Assembly: GCA_019745315.1 (NCBI GenBank)
Contig: JAIETH010000001.1
Span: 259,295 to 315,805, forward strand
Origin: Patescibacteria group bacterium
GTDB taxonomy: Bacteria; Patescibacteriota; Minisyncoccia; Phycocordibacterales; UBA918
Length of the DNA stretch: 56,511 nt
Reading direction: 5' to 3'
Position numbers and translations under genes: made by a program
Shown here: in pieces, positions 35,873 through 46,564 of the stretch
How positions within the stretch are numbered: position 1 is the stretch's first letter
How the letters are laid out: the number at the start of each line of letters is the position of its first letter
The notes under the pieces: generated by a model
The model's input: the letters and a program-made list of their open reading frames with translations, nothing else
The model's database searches: none
What the model was told of the DNA's origin: nothing

Positions 35873-37134
35873 TATCCCTGATATTCTCTACCACCAACCA
35901 TACTATAGAGCTCTTCTTCAGATAGGAATGTTACTACCCCTGTCTTTCGCTCAACTACTTCAAAACGTCCTTCTTCTTTTGTTTTTTTACTTATCACGAC
36001 TCGATACGGAAGACCAATGAGGTCACTATCTGCAAACTTTTCACCTGGACGAGCGTCTCTATCATCAAACAAAACTTCAATTCCTTTATCTTTAAGAGAT
36101 GCATACACTCCATCAGCATATTCGCGAAGTTCTGTATCGTCTCCCAAAAGTCCCACAAGATGAACTTTGAATGGCGCAACTGTCGTAGGCCAGACAATTC
36201 CTTTTTCGTCAGCCAATGCCTCAACAATAACACCCATAAGTCGAGTGATCCCGATACCAAAACATCCCATAATTGGATGGACACTCTCTCCTTCTTTATT
36301 TTTGTACGTCACATTGAAGTCCTGTGCGTATTTTGTACCGAGATCAAAAATATTTCCTACCTCTGAAGCTTTCGCGCGCGAAAGCACTCCTTGATTACAG
36401 CGCGTACATTCGTCTCCTTCGTTTTGAGTAGAAACTTCTACGTTTGTACAGTACGAACAGGTGTCACAGTACAAAATGTCGTCTTCTCCGGCATCTGTAA
36501 GTACCATAAATTCATACGAAAGCTTCTTTGTGAATGCTCCTCCTGAAGCCTCTGTTGCCTTTGCAACAAGACCAAGGCGACTATAGACACGCAAGTATGC
36601 TTCTTTTGCCTCCGCATAAAAACGATCAAAGTCTTCTTGAGTTTCGTGAAATGAATACATATCTTTCATGCTGAACTCTCGTCCACGCATGATGCCGCTT
36701 TTAGCACGAAGCTCGTCGCGATACTTTTGTCCGATTTGATAAATTGCAACAGGAAGATCTTTGTACGAAGTCGCATACTCACCTGCAATCGGTGTCACGA
36801 TCTCTTCTTCGCTTTGTCCAACAGTATATTCTTTTTCAGTTCGACTTTGAATTTTAAAGACTACGTCGACATTGTCCCACGCTCCGGTTTGTTTCCATGG
36901 TTCACTTGGATGGAGTGTTGCCATGCGAATCTCTTGTCCGCCAATAGCATCCATCTCCTCGCGCACAATACGTTCAATATTTTCAAGAACACGTCGCCCG
37001 AGTGGTAAGTATGAATATACACCCGCCATCTCCTTATGGATGAAGCCAGCACGTATCAGAAGTTGTGCGTTTTTTGATACTTCGTCTTTCGGTGCTTCTT
37101 TTCGAGTCTTCGTAAAAAGTCGTGATTGTCGCAT
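35872..37134 (-). CDS. proS: proline--tRNA ligase (short form, no editing insertion)
   Basis: MRQS.LF, LL.RAGFI, KYRDE.R...G.MRGREF.MKD.YSF, EVGNIF.LG, MGCFGIG, PGEKFAD.DL.G. Confidence 0.95.
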   Translation of the reverse strand: MRQSRLFTKTRKEAPKDEVSKNAQLLIRAGFIHKEMAGVYSYLPLGRRVLENIERIVREEMDAIGGQEIRMATLHPSEPWKQTGAWDNVDVVFKIQSRTEKEYTVGQSEEEIVTPIAGEYATSYKDLPVAIYQIGQKYRDELRAKSGIMRGREFSMKDMYSFHETQEDFDRFYAEAKEAYLRVYSRLGLVAKATEASGGAFTKKLSYEFMVLTDAGEDDILYCDTCSYCTNVEVSTQNEGDECTRCNQGVLSRAKASEVGNIFDLGTKYAQDFNVTYKNKEGESVHPIMGCFGIGITRLMGVIVEALADEKGIVWPTTVAPFKVHLVGLLGDDTELREYADGVYASLKDKGIEVLFDDRDARPGEKFADSDLIGLPYRVVISKKTKEEGRFEVVERKTGVVTFLSEEELYSMVGGREYQG

Positions 37135-37198
37135 ATAACCCCATTGTATAGGCAAAGGAAAGTACGGTCAAAAAAGAGCTTTTTTAACCTCAAGTAAC

Positions 37199-38284
37199 CT
37201 AAATAATCTTTGCGATATCGTTAAAGGTCACAAACAACATGAGTGTTATGAGGAGAATGAAACCAACTCCATTCATAACTTGTGCAAATTTAGGAGGAAC
37301 CGGAGAACCTTTTACTGCTTCAATCGCAACAAAGAGGAGTCGTCCACCATCAAGCGCTGGAAACGGCAACAGGTTTATAACAGCAAGATTGAGCGAAATA
37401 AATGCAGTAAAGACCAGAAGAGACGTGAGACCAAAGGAAGCAGCGTCTCCTACCAAGCCCGCAATCCCTACGGGACCAGCTACACTTGAAAAGTCTGCTT
37501 CAAACCGCACGGCATCATAGAGCAATGCACCAAGTCCTACTGCAATAGCGCCGATGCTTTGCACTGTATACACACCTGCGTCATATGCTGCTACATGGAT
37601 CGGTTTACGCACCTCCTCCACAAGACCCATTGTGATACCAATTATTTTTTTCTCAGGATCGTCTTGTGCAATACCTTTCTCTGTATCTACGGTCACATTA
37701 AACATCTCGTCGTTGCGCTCATACGCAAGAGCGACCCTATCGTGAGATTGAATGAATGGAGATACGCTACTTGGTACAAGCTTTGCGGGCATCTCGTTTG
37801 TATCAGCCGCAACAGAAACAATAACGTCACCACTTTGAACACCTGCCTCCTCAGCAGGACTCCCTGGCATAACAGATACCACCACAAGGCGCGCTTGATC
37901 TGACGCATTCTCTTCAGCAACACCTGATTGTGTACCGAGCGCAAACGCAACCGTAAACAAAAGCCATGCAAACAGAATATTCATCGTAACCCCCGCAATA
38001 AGCACGAGTGCCTGCATATACAAAGGACGACTTGAAAACGCGCGGCCCGAGTCCTCACTCGGCTCCTCTGAGGCATCCTCACCATGAATCTTTACAAACC
38101 CCCCAAGAGGAATGAGGTTAAAACTATAGAGTGTCTCCCCTTTTTTCCATCCAAACAAACGCGGGGGGAACCCAATACCAAATTCATCGACGCGCATCTT
38201 TGAAAGTTTGGCAACAAAATAATGCCCCCACTCATGCACAAGCACGAGCACAAAAAGTACGCCAATAAAAAGGAGAATCTGCAT
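37199..38284 (-). CDS. rseP: RIP metalloprotease RseP (M50, PDZ)
   Basis: HEWGH, PLGGFV, PDZ (SPA..AG...GD.I), NLLPFPALDGG. Confidence 0.93.
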   Translation of the reverse strand: MQILLFIGVLFVLVLVHEWGHYFVAKLSKMRVDEFGIGFPPRLFGWKKGETLYSFNLIPLGGFVKIHGEDASEEPSEDSGRAFSSRPLYMQALVLIAGVTMNILFAWLLFTVAFALGTQSGVAEENASDQARLVVVSVMPGSPAEEAGVQSGDVIVSVAADTNEMPAKLVPSSVSPFIQSHDRVALAYERNDEMFNVTVDTEKGIAQDDPEKKIIGITMGLVEEVRKPIHVAAYDAGVYTVQSIGAIAVGLGALLYDAVRFEADFSSVAGPVGIAGLVGDAASFGLTSLLVFTAFISLNLAVINLLPFPALDGGRLLFVAIEAVKGSPVPPKFAQVMNGVGFILLITLMLFVTFNDIAKII

Positions 38285-38289
38285 ATATA

Positions 38290-38841
38290 TTATAGTTGAA
38301 TTTCTGCTTCTTTCTTAGTCAACATCTCATCAAAGCCTCTATTGGCAAGATCAACACGCTTTTGTACGTCTTCCTTAACACGAAACTTATCGTCTTCACT
38401 CATCTCTCCCTCTTTTTCTTTTGCTTCAATATCTTTCATTACTTCATCGCGAGCTTTTCTCACTGCCACACGTGATTCTTCCAATTTTGCTTTTGCAAGC
38501 TTCATTAATTGTACGCGTCGATCACTGGTAAGCTCGGGGAAAATTACTCGAATACCTTTATCATCTGACATGACTGAAACTCCGAGATTGGCGTCCGTAA
38601 TAGCTTTCTCCACAGCCTTAATCTGACCTTTATCCCACAAGGTAATGCGTAGTGTGCGTGCATCCTCATTTCCCACAGAGCCAACCTGTACGAGCGGCAC
38701 TCGTGTTCCATAAGACTCAACATGAACCATATCAAGAAGTGCTGGAGTAGCACGTCCCGTACGTACTGCAGCAAATTCCCTTACAAGCCACTCTTTTGCT
38801 TCGGTAAGTTTTGTATCAAAGTGTTTAAAATCGTATGTCAT
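38290..38841 (-). CDS. frr: ribosome recycling factor
   Basis: RTGRA.P.LLD...V..YG, P.LT.DRR, RVAVR..R. Confidence 0.96.
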   Translation of the reverse strand: MTYDFKHFDTKLTEAKEWLVREFAAVRTGRATPALLDMVHVESYGTRVPLVQVGSVGNEDARTLRITLWDKGQIKAVEKAITDANLGVSVMSDDKGIRVIFPELTSDRRVQLMKLAKAKLEESRVAVRKARDEVMKDIEAKEKEGEMSEDDKFRVKEDVQKRVDLANRGFDEMLTKKEAEIQL

Positions 38842-38887
38842 ACACCCATAATACTACCCTACATGAGAGACAAGTGAAAGAACTGAT

Positions 38888-39529
38888 TTATGCACTCGGA
38901 AGCACAACAGCCAAGTGCTCAAGGAGCATTTTAGGAGATGCACCTCGTTTGCCAATATATCCCTGCACAAATAAAAGTGCACGGAGCGCATCTTCATGCA
39001 CAGAGCGACGTGTATCGCTATAAGTCGCATAAAAATGAGATTCTAACGACATAAGCAACGTATCAGTCCATGCTGAATCTTTATTTTTTATACGCAATGC
39101 AATTTCTTTAAGGCGATCCGCATAACTCATACGCAGAAACGATAGTGCTATATCCGTGTGCTCATCTCTGTGCAGCACTACAATCTCACACCTGGAACGA
39201 AGTGTCGGGAGAATATGTTCAAGCTGAGGAATGATAAGCACAAAGGAACTCGCTTTTGGCGGCTCTTCAAAAAGCTTCAATAGCGCGTTCTGCGCCTCAT
39301 GAGCAACCGCATGTGTATTCAAAATAAATAATCGTCTACCTGCGCCAACGGGTGCTTGAGTAGACCATACTTTCAGCTGACGCACATCATCAATACCAAC
39401 AGTACTGTATGTCAGTTCTTGAATATCGGGATTCCCATACTGATCGTTCTTTGGTATTCCATGGAGTTCGTACGCGTGCGTGCGTGCGTGCTCAAACAAT
39501 CCTACGATGAGGTATGCGTGATGAATCAT
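38888..39529 (-). CDS. holB: DNA polymerase III delta' subunit-like protein
   Basis: HHAYL, IDDVR, AQNALLKLFEEPP, LPTLRSRC. Confidence 0.8.
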   Translation of the reverse strand: MIHHAYLIVGLFEHARTHAYELHGIPKNDQYGNPDIQELTYSTVGIDDVRQLKVWSTQAPVGAGRRLFILNTHAVAHEAQNALLKLFEEPPKASSFVLIIPQLEHILPTLRSRCEIVVLHRDEHTDIALSFLRMSYADRLKEIALRIKNKDSAWTDTLLMSLESHFYATYSDTRRSVHEDALRALLFVQGYIGKRGASPKMLLEHLAVVLPSA

Positions 39530-39577
39530 GTATCTCAGTATACAAAACTAAACAAAAATAACTATTCCAAAGAATAG

Positions 39578-41290
39578 TTATTTTGGCATACTTGCAACAA
39601 CGACCCGTCTGAGGAAATGGTCGACTGTTTCATCAGGTCCTGGGTAGAGCTGGTATGCATCTCTCCATGCAATAATATTTTGACCAAGATTATTAAAAAG
39701 TTCGAGCTTAAGTCCAGGTGGCACAACGCCTTCGCTATGAAGCGTTTCTTCTACAGTAAGATCTTTCATCTTGAGCCAATCCGGGTGATTCGTTCCTGAT
39801 TTTCCAAGACCGATAAAACCAAACATTCCTGTAGTACCAAGCCATCGCATCAAAAGATCATTAAGTCCCGTTTCAACAGCAGGTGTCGCAAGAGGATTAA
39901 CTTCCACAGATTCTGCAGGAGTAGGCTGCTGTGGCACCGAAGGAGTAGCTTCTTGTGAAGGAGAAACCGGAGCCTCAGAAACAATAGTACCCGACAACTC
40001 TTCAGTACCACTCGCCGTATCCTCTGGAGTTTGCGATACCTCTTTCCATCCACTTTTCTGCAGCGGAGGTAAGTGGGAGCCCTCAGGGGAATCTTCCTGT
40101 GAATACACACTTCCCGTCGCAACCTGTGACTGCTCTACAGCAGGCTCTACTGTGTCTACCGCCACAGGAGTTTCTAATACATTTGATTCTGCAGGACTAC
40201 TCGGCGCAGGTGTTGTGTTGTTTTCTATAGCAGATTCAGTTACGTTGGGATTAAGCTCTGTATTAAGTGCTGAATCTGAGTCGGCTTTATTCTCTGGATC
40301 TTGCACAGCACCCCCTCCTACTTTTACACGTACTGCATCAGCCATAGCTTCTAAGGTAGTAACTCGTTCACGCAACAAAGTAATATCTTTTGAAGAAGAA
40401 TCGGGACTACTTAAATCTGAGCGGAGATTAAGAAGTTCATCAAGGTACGCACGATACCCCGTTGATGCATCCGAAAGCCATCGAAATGCAGAGCCTTGCG
40501 CAAATTCATTCAAGCTTTCATTGATACTCTCAATGCGCGAGCGTAGACCTACAATATCTTCCTCAGATTCTGTTTGAGAATTTTTTGCATCCACTTCTAT
40601 CTGAGTAACACTTGGTGAAGTAGGTTCTGTTGATTTTTCTTCAGCAATCACTGGCTCTGGTGCAACGACCTCAGAGACTGCTGGAGTTGGAACAGACGCA
40701 TAGCTAGGAACTACAACAGGTTCATCTACAACCTCTTTCACGCGAGGCATCTCTGATACAACAGCACTCTTTTCTGTCTCTTTTTCTACTTCAGCACTCA
40801 TCACCTGTGGAGCATTTTCAAACACAGAAGCTTCGATAACTTTTTTTGGAGCAGGTTCAGGCTTTAATACAATCCTCACATCAGGACCACGTCGTGGTCG
40901 CATCATCGAAGTAGTGTTGACTGTATTTCTTTTCATCGCTGCACTCACCTCTGACTCAAGTACCGGAGTGGCAGCATTTTTCTCGAGCACAGCAGCAACC
41001 TCAGGTTCAAAACGCGGAGTAGTAGGAGCTGTAAGCGATGAATCAAGAAAATGACCAAGTTTTTCTTGCAAACTTTTTAGATTAGAGACCGGAGTCTGTC
41101 CTCGAGCAATATCAAGCAATGTATCCCGAAGCGTATTGTATGCAGCTGATTCTTCTTTTGTAAATTCTCCTGAATGCTTTTTAAGCTCAGCGAGTAGGCG
41201 CGCACGTGATTGTGGCGTTGATACGTCAAAAGCTGCGAGCGTTGATTCGTACGCCCTACTCTCCATTCTGTTAGTCATTACTTGAACCAT
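39578..41290 (-). CDS. hypothetical protein with long acidic P/E/S/T-rich linkers
   Basis: 570-aa ORF. TGnTATAGT 7 nt upstream of the ATG. Confidence 0.75.
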   Translation of the reverse strand: MVQVMTNRMESRAYESTLAAFDVSTPQSRARLLAELKKHSGEFTKEESAAYNTLRDTLLDIARGQTPVSNLKSLQEKLGHFLDSSLTAPTTPRFEPEVAAVLEKNAATPVLESEVSAAMKRNTVNTTSMMRPRRGPDVRIVLKPEPAPKKVIEASVFENAPQVMSAEVEKETEKSAVVSEMPRVKEVVDEPVVVPSYASVPTPAVSEVVAPEPVIAEEKSTEPTSPSVTQIEVDAKNSQTESEEDIVGLRSRIESINESLNEFAQGSAFRWLSDASTGYRAYLDELLNLRSDLSSPDSSSKDITLLRERVTTLEAMADAVRVKVGGGAVQDPENKADSDSALNTELNPNVTESAIENNTTPAPSSPAESNVLETPVAVDTVEPAVEQSQVATGSVYSQEDSPEGSHLPPLQKSGWKEVSQTPEDTASGTEELSGTIVSEAPVSPSQEATPSVPQQPTPAESVEVNPLATPAVETGLNDLLMRWLGTTGMFGFIGLGKSGTNHPDWLKMKDLTVEETLHSEGVVPPGLKLELFNNLGQNIIAWRDAYQLYPGPDETVDHFLRRVVVASMPK

Positions 41291-41336
41291 ATCAATTACT
41301 ATAGCACTCTCGCTTCCTGAATAGGATATAAACTAT

Positions 41337-44072
41337 CTAGATTTGTTGATACCTTTCAAGAATTTCTTGTTCAATCTCACCGCGCGCTCGTCCATGCGTC
41401 ATCTGGGACTCGCGCATCAGGCGAGACGCCTTTTCCGGATCTGCTGCTGCTGGAGCGAGTGTCCCAATGTCAAATGGTTTTGTTGGTGTGCCATGCGCAA
41501 GGAGGCGCATGTATGCGTGGCGATTAGGAATATACAGCAGGTCATTTTTGGTAAACACAGGAGCAAATTGGTTTTCAAGAAATGCCGCATCTTCTGGACC
41601 CACACGAAACACACCCATTGAACCAACGTTTCCAAATACTGCATCACGAATTTTTTCGTCTATCTGTTGAATATACTGATGCGCAAGCGTGAGTCCGAGC
41701 TTGTATTTACGTGCCTCAGAAAGAATAGAAGCAATCGAGTTTGTCGTTATGTTTTGGAATTCATCAATATGGAGATAAAACGGAGAAAACGCTGTTCCAG
41801 GTGAGTCAGCGCGCGAAAGTGCTGCCATCAAGATTTTTCCTACAATAATCATTCCAATGAGGTTCGCATTAATTTCTCCGAGACGCCCCTTCGCAAGATT
41901 AACCAGCAAGATCTTCTTATTATCCATCACCTCCCTAAAATTAAACGAAGACGCCTGCTGACCAATGATCGGACGCATATAATCGTTTGCAGTAAACACA
42001 TCGAACTTTGAAGTTATGTACGGCACAATATTTTCGAGTGCAGCATCCCCCCCCGCCTTCGTTGCGATTTCACGCCAAAATTGATTGACCACAGGATTTT
42101 TTGAGTGCGAAAGTTTGAGCGCCCTAAATTCTGCATCCACCATGACACGCGATACATCAAGAAGTGTCGAGCCACTCTCTGGATGCTCGAGAACGAGCGC
42201 GGTTGCGTTACGGAAATACTGTTCAAATATTGGACCCATTGATTCTGGATTTCCGCCATACAGCTTTTGGAATATTGAAAAGAGCTCGTTTATGACAAAC
42301 GTTTTCTGCTCCGGATAGCGTGGATCGTACTCCAACATATTGAGTCCGAGCACCCGATCCATGTAGGACGGGTCAAAGTAAATCACATCTTTTTCTCGCT
42401 CGGGCGGAATAGACGCGAGCACATCAAGCACGTCTGAACCATGCGGATCAATCATACACACACCCGAACCGTTCTGGATGTCCTGCACAATCATGTTTTT
42501 CATGAGGGTAGTTTTTCCAGTACCTGTCTGTCCAATGATGTAAAAATGACGCAAGCGATCTTCAGCTGTTATGTATACATCAGTCTCTATATTGCGGTAT
42601 ATATTTTTACCAAGCAGCGTTCCTTCTCGTGGAAGATCAATAGGAGCTGGAGCTGATATTGCTTGTGTTTGTTTAAACTGTGGAGACAGGGTCGCACTTC
42701 CTTGTGGAATATGCACCAGCGTTGCGAGTTCTTTTTCTGAAAGAGGAAGAGCGTATTTATCAGTAAATTCACGGAATGAGAATTGGTGAAGCTCTTTTGA
42801 ATTCGCACCCCCCTTCATCTTTTCAAATACAATGCGGTTGCCCTTTGTGTTTTCAAATTGATTAAATGCTGCCTCGATATCCTCAAGTATTGCGTGAGCG
42901 CGAGCATCATCAAGTGCTGAGACTGCGATACGAATAACTACCTCATGTATTGGTCGCTCTATTTTAGCGCGGAACAGCTCGAGGGCTTCGGTTGGAATTT
43001 CAGGTGCCGGTCGATCTTCGGTTTTTTGCTTCGGGGTAAAAAATTCATCTTTCGTAAAATGATACAACTCACCCCACACCGACGCCGTGCTTATAGCCTT
43101 ATCAATCTTCATACCACCTGTCACTTTTTTAATAATACCTTCGTAGGTGTTCTGATGGTTGCCAGCACGAGGTCGCACAAGAAACTGAAGCGCAGCCCCT
43201 CCTCCTTCTCGTTCGATTTTTGAAAATGCATTAAGAAGCACACGGAGTGGATCATGCTCAAACGAATCATAGGTACGAATCGGATAGATCGGATACCGTT
43301 TGGTCTGCGCGCACGCCACATACGAAACACCTCCTTCTACAAAAATATTGTAGTCATTCTTTTCTTCAGTAATAAGCGCGTGTGGAAAAAGTGAAAGAAT
43401 TTGTTTTTCAAAGAGGTCAGTATATACGCTTGGAATTGCAATATAGAAAACGATCTCGTCACTCTTGTCTGACACTGCAATCTCAAGAGAATAATGAAGC
43501 GGTGATCGCCGCTCCTTACCCATACTGCTGAGACCTGCAAATAACTGCTCCATTGCAGAAATGGCTTTTGCAAACTGTACATCTCGCTCTTCATCTCGCG
43601 CAACCTCAGGCAACGCAACACTAAACAAGGTCATATGGAAAACATCCCATGTCGGAGCACCTTCTTTATATTCAGCTACTTTCTTTCCTGCTTTTATATG
43701 CGCAATAAGTGCATCATGCGCAGCATCAAATACAAACACATCGGACACCTTATCGAGTATGGAAAGAACATTTTTAATACCGTACTCTTCAGCAATATGC
43801 AGAACCTCTTCTACTTTATTTTTCGCACTCTCAAGCTCTTTGGCAAAACCAACGCGAAGCGCTGGAGAGATTTGGCGACTTGGTGGCAATATAACCTCAG
43901 GAGCGCCCGTAGCATACTGACGCAACTCTTCATGGGCAATTTTTTTATATTCAGGGGCAGTGTCGCTTCCTGCTGAAACTATTTCGCGCTCACGGAGCGC
44001 TATGCGTTCGCGCAAATACGCAATCTCTTCCTCGGGAGTCTTAAATGGTGCTTTGGTAAAAAATTCGCTCAT
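41337..44072 (-). CDS. VirD4/TrwB/HerA-like P-loop ATPase (T4SS coupling protein-like)
   Basis: DRLRHFYIIGQTGTGKT, IDPHG, LHIDEFQN, LSEARKY, AHQY..Q. Confidence 0.85.
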   Translation of the reverse strand: MSEFFTKAPFKTPEEEIAYLRERIALREREIVSAGSDTAPEYKKIAHEELRQYATGAPEVILPPSRQISPALRVGFAKELESAKNKVEEVLHIAEEYGIKNVLSILDKVSDVFVFDAAHDALIAHIKAGKKVAEYKEGAPTWDVFHMTLFSVALPEVARDEERDVQFAKAISAMEQLFAGLSSMGKERRSPLHYSLEIAVSDKSDEIVFYIAIPSVYTDLFEKQILSLFPHALITEEKNDYNIFVEGGVSYVACAQTKRYPIYPIRTYDSFEHDPLRVLLNAFSKIEREGGGAALQFLVRPRAGNHQNTYEGIIKKVTGGMKIDKAISTASVWGELYHFTKDEFFTPKQKTEDRPAPEIPTEALELFRAKIERPIHEVVIRIAVSALDDARAHAILEDIEAAFNQFENTKGNRIVFEKMKGGANSKELHQFSFREFTDKYALPLSEKELATLVHIPQGSATLSPQFKQTQAISAPAPIDLPREGTLLGKNIYRNIETDVYITAEDRLRHFYIIGQTGTGKTTLMKNMIVQDIQNGSGVCMIDPHGSDVLDVLASIPPEREKDVIYFDPSYMDRVLGLNMLEYDPRYPEQKTFVINELFSIFQKLYGGNPESMGPIFEQYFRNATALVLEHPESGSTLLDVSRVMVDAEFRALKLSHSKNPVVNQFWREIATKAGGDAALENIVPYITSKFDVFTANDYMRPIIGQQASSFNFREVMDNKKILLVNLAKGRLGEINANLIGMIIVGKILMAALSRADSPGTAFSPFYLHIDEFQNITTNSIASILSEARKYKLGLTLAHQYIQQIDEKIRDAVFGNVGSMGVFRVGPEDAAFLENQFAPVFTKNDLLYIPNRHAYMRLLAHGTPTKPFDIGTLAPAAADPEKASRLMRESQMTHGRARGEIEQEILERYQQI

Positions 44073-44132
44073 AGGTCATGAGTATCGTACCGCGCTCCTA
44101 CTTCTTACTCTAGTAAATCCGTCCACAGGACA

Positions 44133-45143
44133 CTACCGCTTTGAAACAATACTTCTTTTATAGGTGTCGAGATGCTCAAGTGCAATACCGGTCCCCTTTG
44201 CAACACAATAGAGTGCATTATCCGCAAGCGCCGCCTTGACCCCTGTACGTCTTCGCACCAATTCAGGGAAATTACGGAGCTGCGATGTACCACCCGTCAT
44301 GATAATACCGTGGTCGATTATATCTGACGCTAGCTCTGGCGGAGTTTCTTGAAACACATCTTTAATAGCGCGAATCATGTCACGCAACTCACGAGACATA
44401 GCTCTCACGATTTCATTTGTTTTAATTTCAACAGTGCGAGGAAGTCCGGTAAGCAGATCGCGACCCTTCACTTGCATAGAAAGCTCTTCTTCCAAAGGAA
44501 GAGCCGAACCTATATTTATTTTCACCTCCTCCGCAGTCTTCTCTCCAATAGAAAGATTGGCGGTCTTTTTTATGTAATCAATAATTGCGTAATCAATGTG
44601 ATTTCCTGCACACTTCACTGAGTTGGCAGCAACAATACCTCCGAGAGAAATAACAGCTACGTCAATCGTTCCTCCTCCGACATCAACAATCATATGCCCC
44701 TTCGCTTCATAAATAGGAATACCAGCACCAATCGCTGCAAGAATTGGCTCTTTCACTACATAGGCATTTCGCGCACCCACGTTCATAGCAGCTTCCACCA
44801 CTGCGCGTTTTTCTGTTGAAGAAACACCTGCCGGCACAGAGATCATTACATCTGGCTTAAAAAGATTGTATTTGCCGAGGGTTTTCTTGAGAAAATACCT
44901 GAGCATCGCTTCTGTTACTTGGTAGTCAGCAATTACGCCATCCTTCATAGGACGGTATGCAGTAATGTTATCCGGTGTGCGCCCCACCATTTCCTTTGCC
45001 TCAGCACCCACCGCAAGAATTCGTTTATCGTCTGAAATAGCGACCACCGACGGCTCATTGAGGACAATTCCTCGTCCGGGCACAAACACCAGTACATTCG
45101 TAGTACCAAGATCAATACCGACCTTTGGAGAGAGGTTTAACAT
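44133..45143 (-). CDS. mreB: second MreB/Mbl-family actin homolog
   Basis: GIDLGTTN, EPSVVA, RPMKDGVIAD, EP.LAAIGA, DVGGGT. Start set at MLNLSP. Confidence 0.9.
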   Translation of the reverse strand: MLNLSPKVGIDLGTTNVLVFVPGRGIVLNEPSVVAISDDKRILAVGAEAKEMVGRTPDNITAYRPMKDGVIADYQVTEAMLRYFLKKTLGKYNLFKPDVMISVPAGVSSTEKRAVVEAAMNVGARNAYVVKEPILAAIGAGIPIYEAKGHMIVDVGGGTIDVAVISLGGIVAANSVKCAGNHIDYAIIDYIKKTANLSIGEKTAEEVKINIGSALPLEEELSMQVKGRDLLTGLPRTVEIKTNEIVRAMSRELRDMIRAIKDVFQETPPELASDIIDHGIIMTGGTSQLRNFPELVRRRTGVKAALADNALYCVAKGTGIALEHLDTYKRSIVSKR

Positions 45144-45205
45144 ACGACCACCATAGTACCTCGTTTTGTTGAGAGACGCACGAAGCGATGCTTGCATTTT
45201 TTCGG

Positions 45206-46486
45206 TCACACTTCAATACGTTCAACACGAGCTCCTAATGCACCCAGCTTTTCCTCGACCCGCTCGTACCCTCGATCAATATGATACGCATTATGTACGA
45301 TAGATTCTCCTTCAGCAGTAATCGCCGCTAGTACGTACGCGAGACCTGCACGAATATCAGGACCCTCAAGTTCTTTTCCATAGAGTTTTCGCGGCCCTTT
45401 CACAATCACACGATGATTACCTACTTGTGTGATGTCAGCACCCATACGCATCAAATCTTGTACGTAGTTGAGACGTCCCTCAAAAATTGTTTCAAAAACA
45501 ACACCTTCCCCCTCAGCCTGAGTCAGGAGAACTGTCATAGGAGCCTGAAGATCTGTCGCAAACCCCGGGTACTCATGCGTACGAATATTTACTGACGACA
45601 ACACACCTTTAGGCGGAGTCACAACGAGACGATGCGCTTCTTCTTCAATGGTTACTCCAGCACTTCTTAAAATCTCTATCGGCGCCTCCAAGTGACGTGG
45701 CTCACAGCAATCAACAACAACTGAAGTGCCGCACAAAGCGCCTAAAACCAAGTACGTTCCTGCCTCAATTCGATCTGGAATGATTGCAATCGGGTTCTGT
45801 GGAGCAGAAAGTTGTGCCACCCCTTCAATGGTGATAACTGAAGTTCCAATGCCTGATATTTTTGCTCCACATGCATTAAGCATCTCTGCCAAAAAGACAA
45901 CTTCTGGTTCAAGAGCCGCATTACGCAGTGTGGTCGTACCGTCTGCAATAGTCGCCGCCATCATCAATGTTTCTGTTGCTCCAACGCTAATGAAGGGAAA
46001 GAAAATATCGGCTCCCTTCAAACGTCCCTTGGTGCTCATATGATAGAGCATATCTTTTTCAACAATGTGTGCCCCCATTTTTTCAAATCCTTTGATAAAG
46101 AGATCAATAGGGCGAACACCAATAACGTCTCCACCCGGATGAGGCATAACGACAGAGCCATATGACGCAAGAAGTGGACCACTTAAAAACACTGATGCAC
46201 GAAGTCGCTTTGCAATATCTGCTTTCAAAAGTGAGCTATCGGTATTTGCTCGATTAATCCGCAACGACGAACCATCTCGCACAACAGACGCACCAATTCC
46301 CACAAGAAGCTCGCTCATACGTGATACGTCTTCAATACCGGGAACGTTGAGGAGTGTAAGCTCTCCTTCAATCATGACTGACGCAGCAAGCGCCGGCAAC
46401 ACTGCATTTTTTGCACCAGAAACTTCAATAATTCCATTAAGAGATCGTGTGCCACCGAGACCAGAAACTTTAAATGATGTTGCCAT
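45206..46486 (-). CDS. murA: UDP-N-acetylglucosamine 1-carboxyvinyltransferase
   Basis: SGAKNA.LP, LRAS, PGGD.IG.RP, SVGATE, PDRIEAGT, PGFATDLQ, HIDRGY. Start set at MATSF. Confidence 0.95.
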   Translation of the reverse strand: MATSFKVSGLGGTRSLNGIIEVSGAKNAVLPALAASVMIEGELTLLNVPGIEDVSRMSELLVGIGASVVRDGSSLRINRANTDSSLLKADIAKRLRASVFLSGPLLASYGSVVMPHPGGDVIGVRPIDLFIKGFEKMGAHIVEKDMLYHMSTKGRLKGADIFFPFISVGATETLMMAATIADGTTTLRNAALEPEVVFLAEMLNACGAKISGIGTSVITIEGVAQLSAPQNPIAIIPDRIEAGTYLVLGALCGTSVVVDCCEPRHLEAPIEILRSAGVTIEEEAHRLVVTPPKGVLSSVNIRTHEYPGFATDLQAPMTVLLTQAEGEGVVFETIFEGRLNYVQDLMRMGADITQVGNHRVIVKGPRKLYGKELEGPDIRAGLAYVLAAITAEGESIVHNAYHIDRGYERVEEKLGALGARVERIEV

Positions 46487-46564
46487 AACGTTCTCTAGTG
46501 TAACAGAAAGTGTTCTCGACGCCATACACAGCTCAAGAAAGCTGCTATCTGATACACTACGCAC

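Noticed and set aside
41337-44072. Conjugative element
   Set aside because: No relaxase, VirB4, integrase or boundaries. The gene is flanked by housekeeping genes of ordinary composition.
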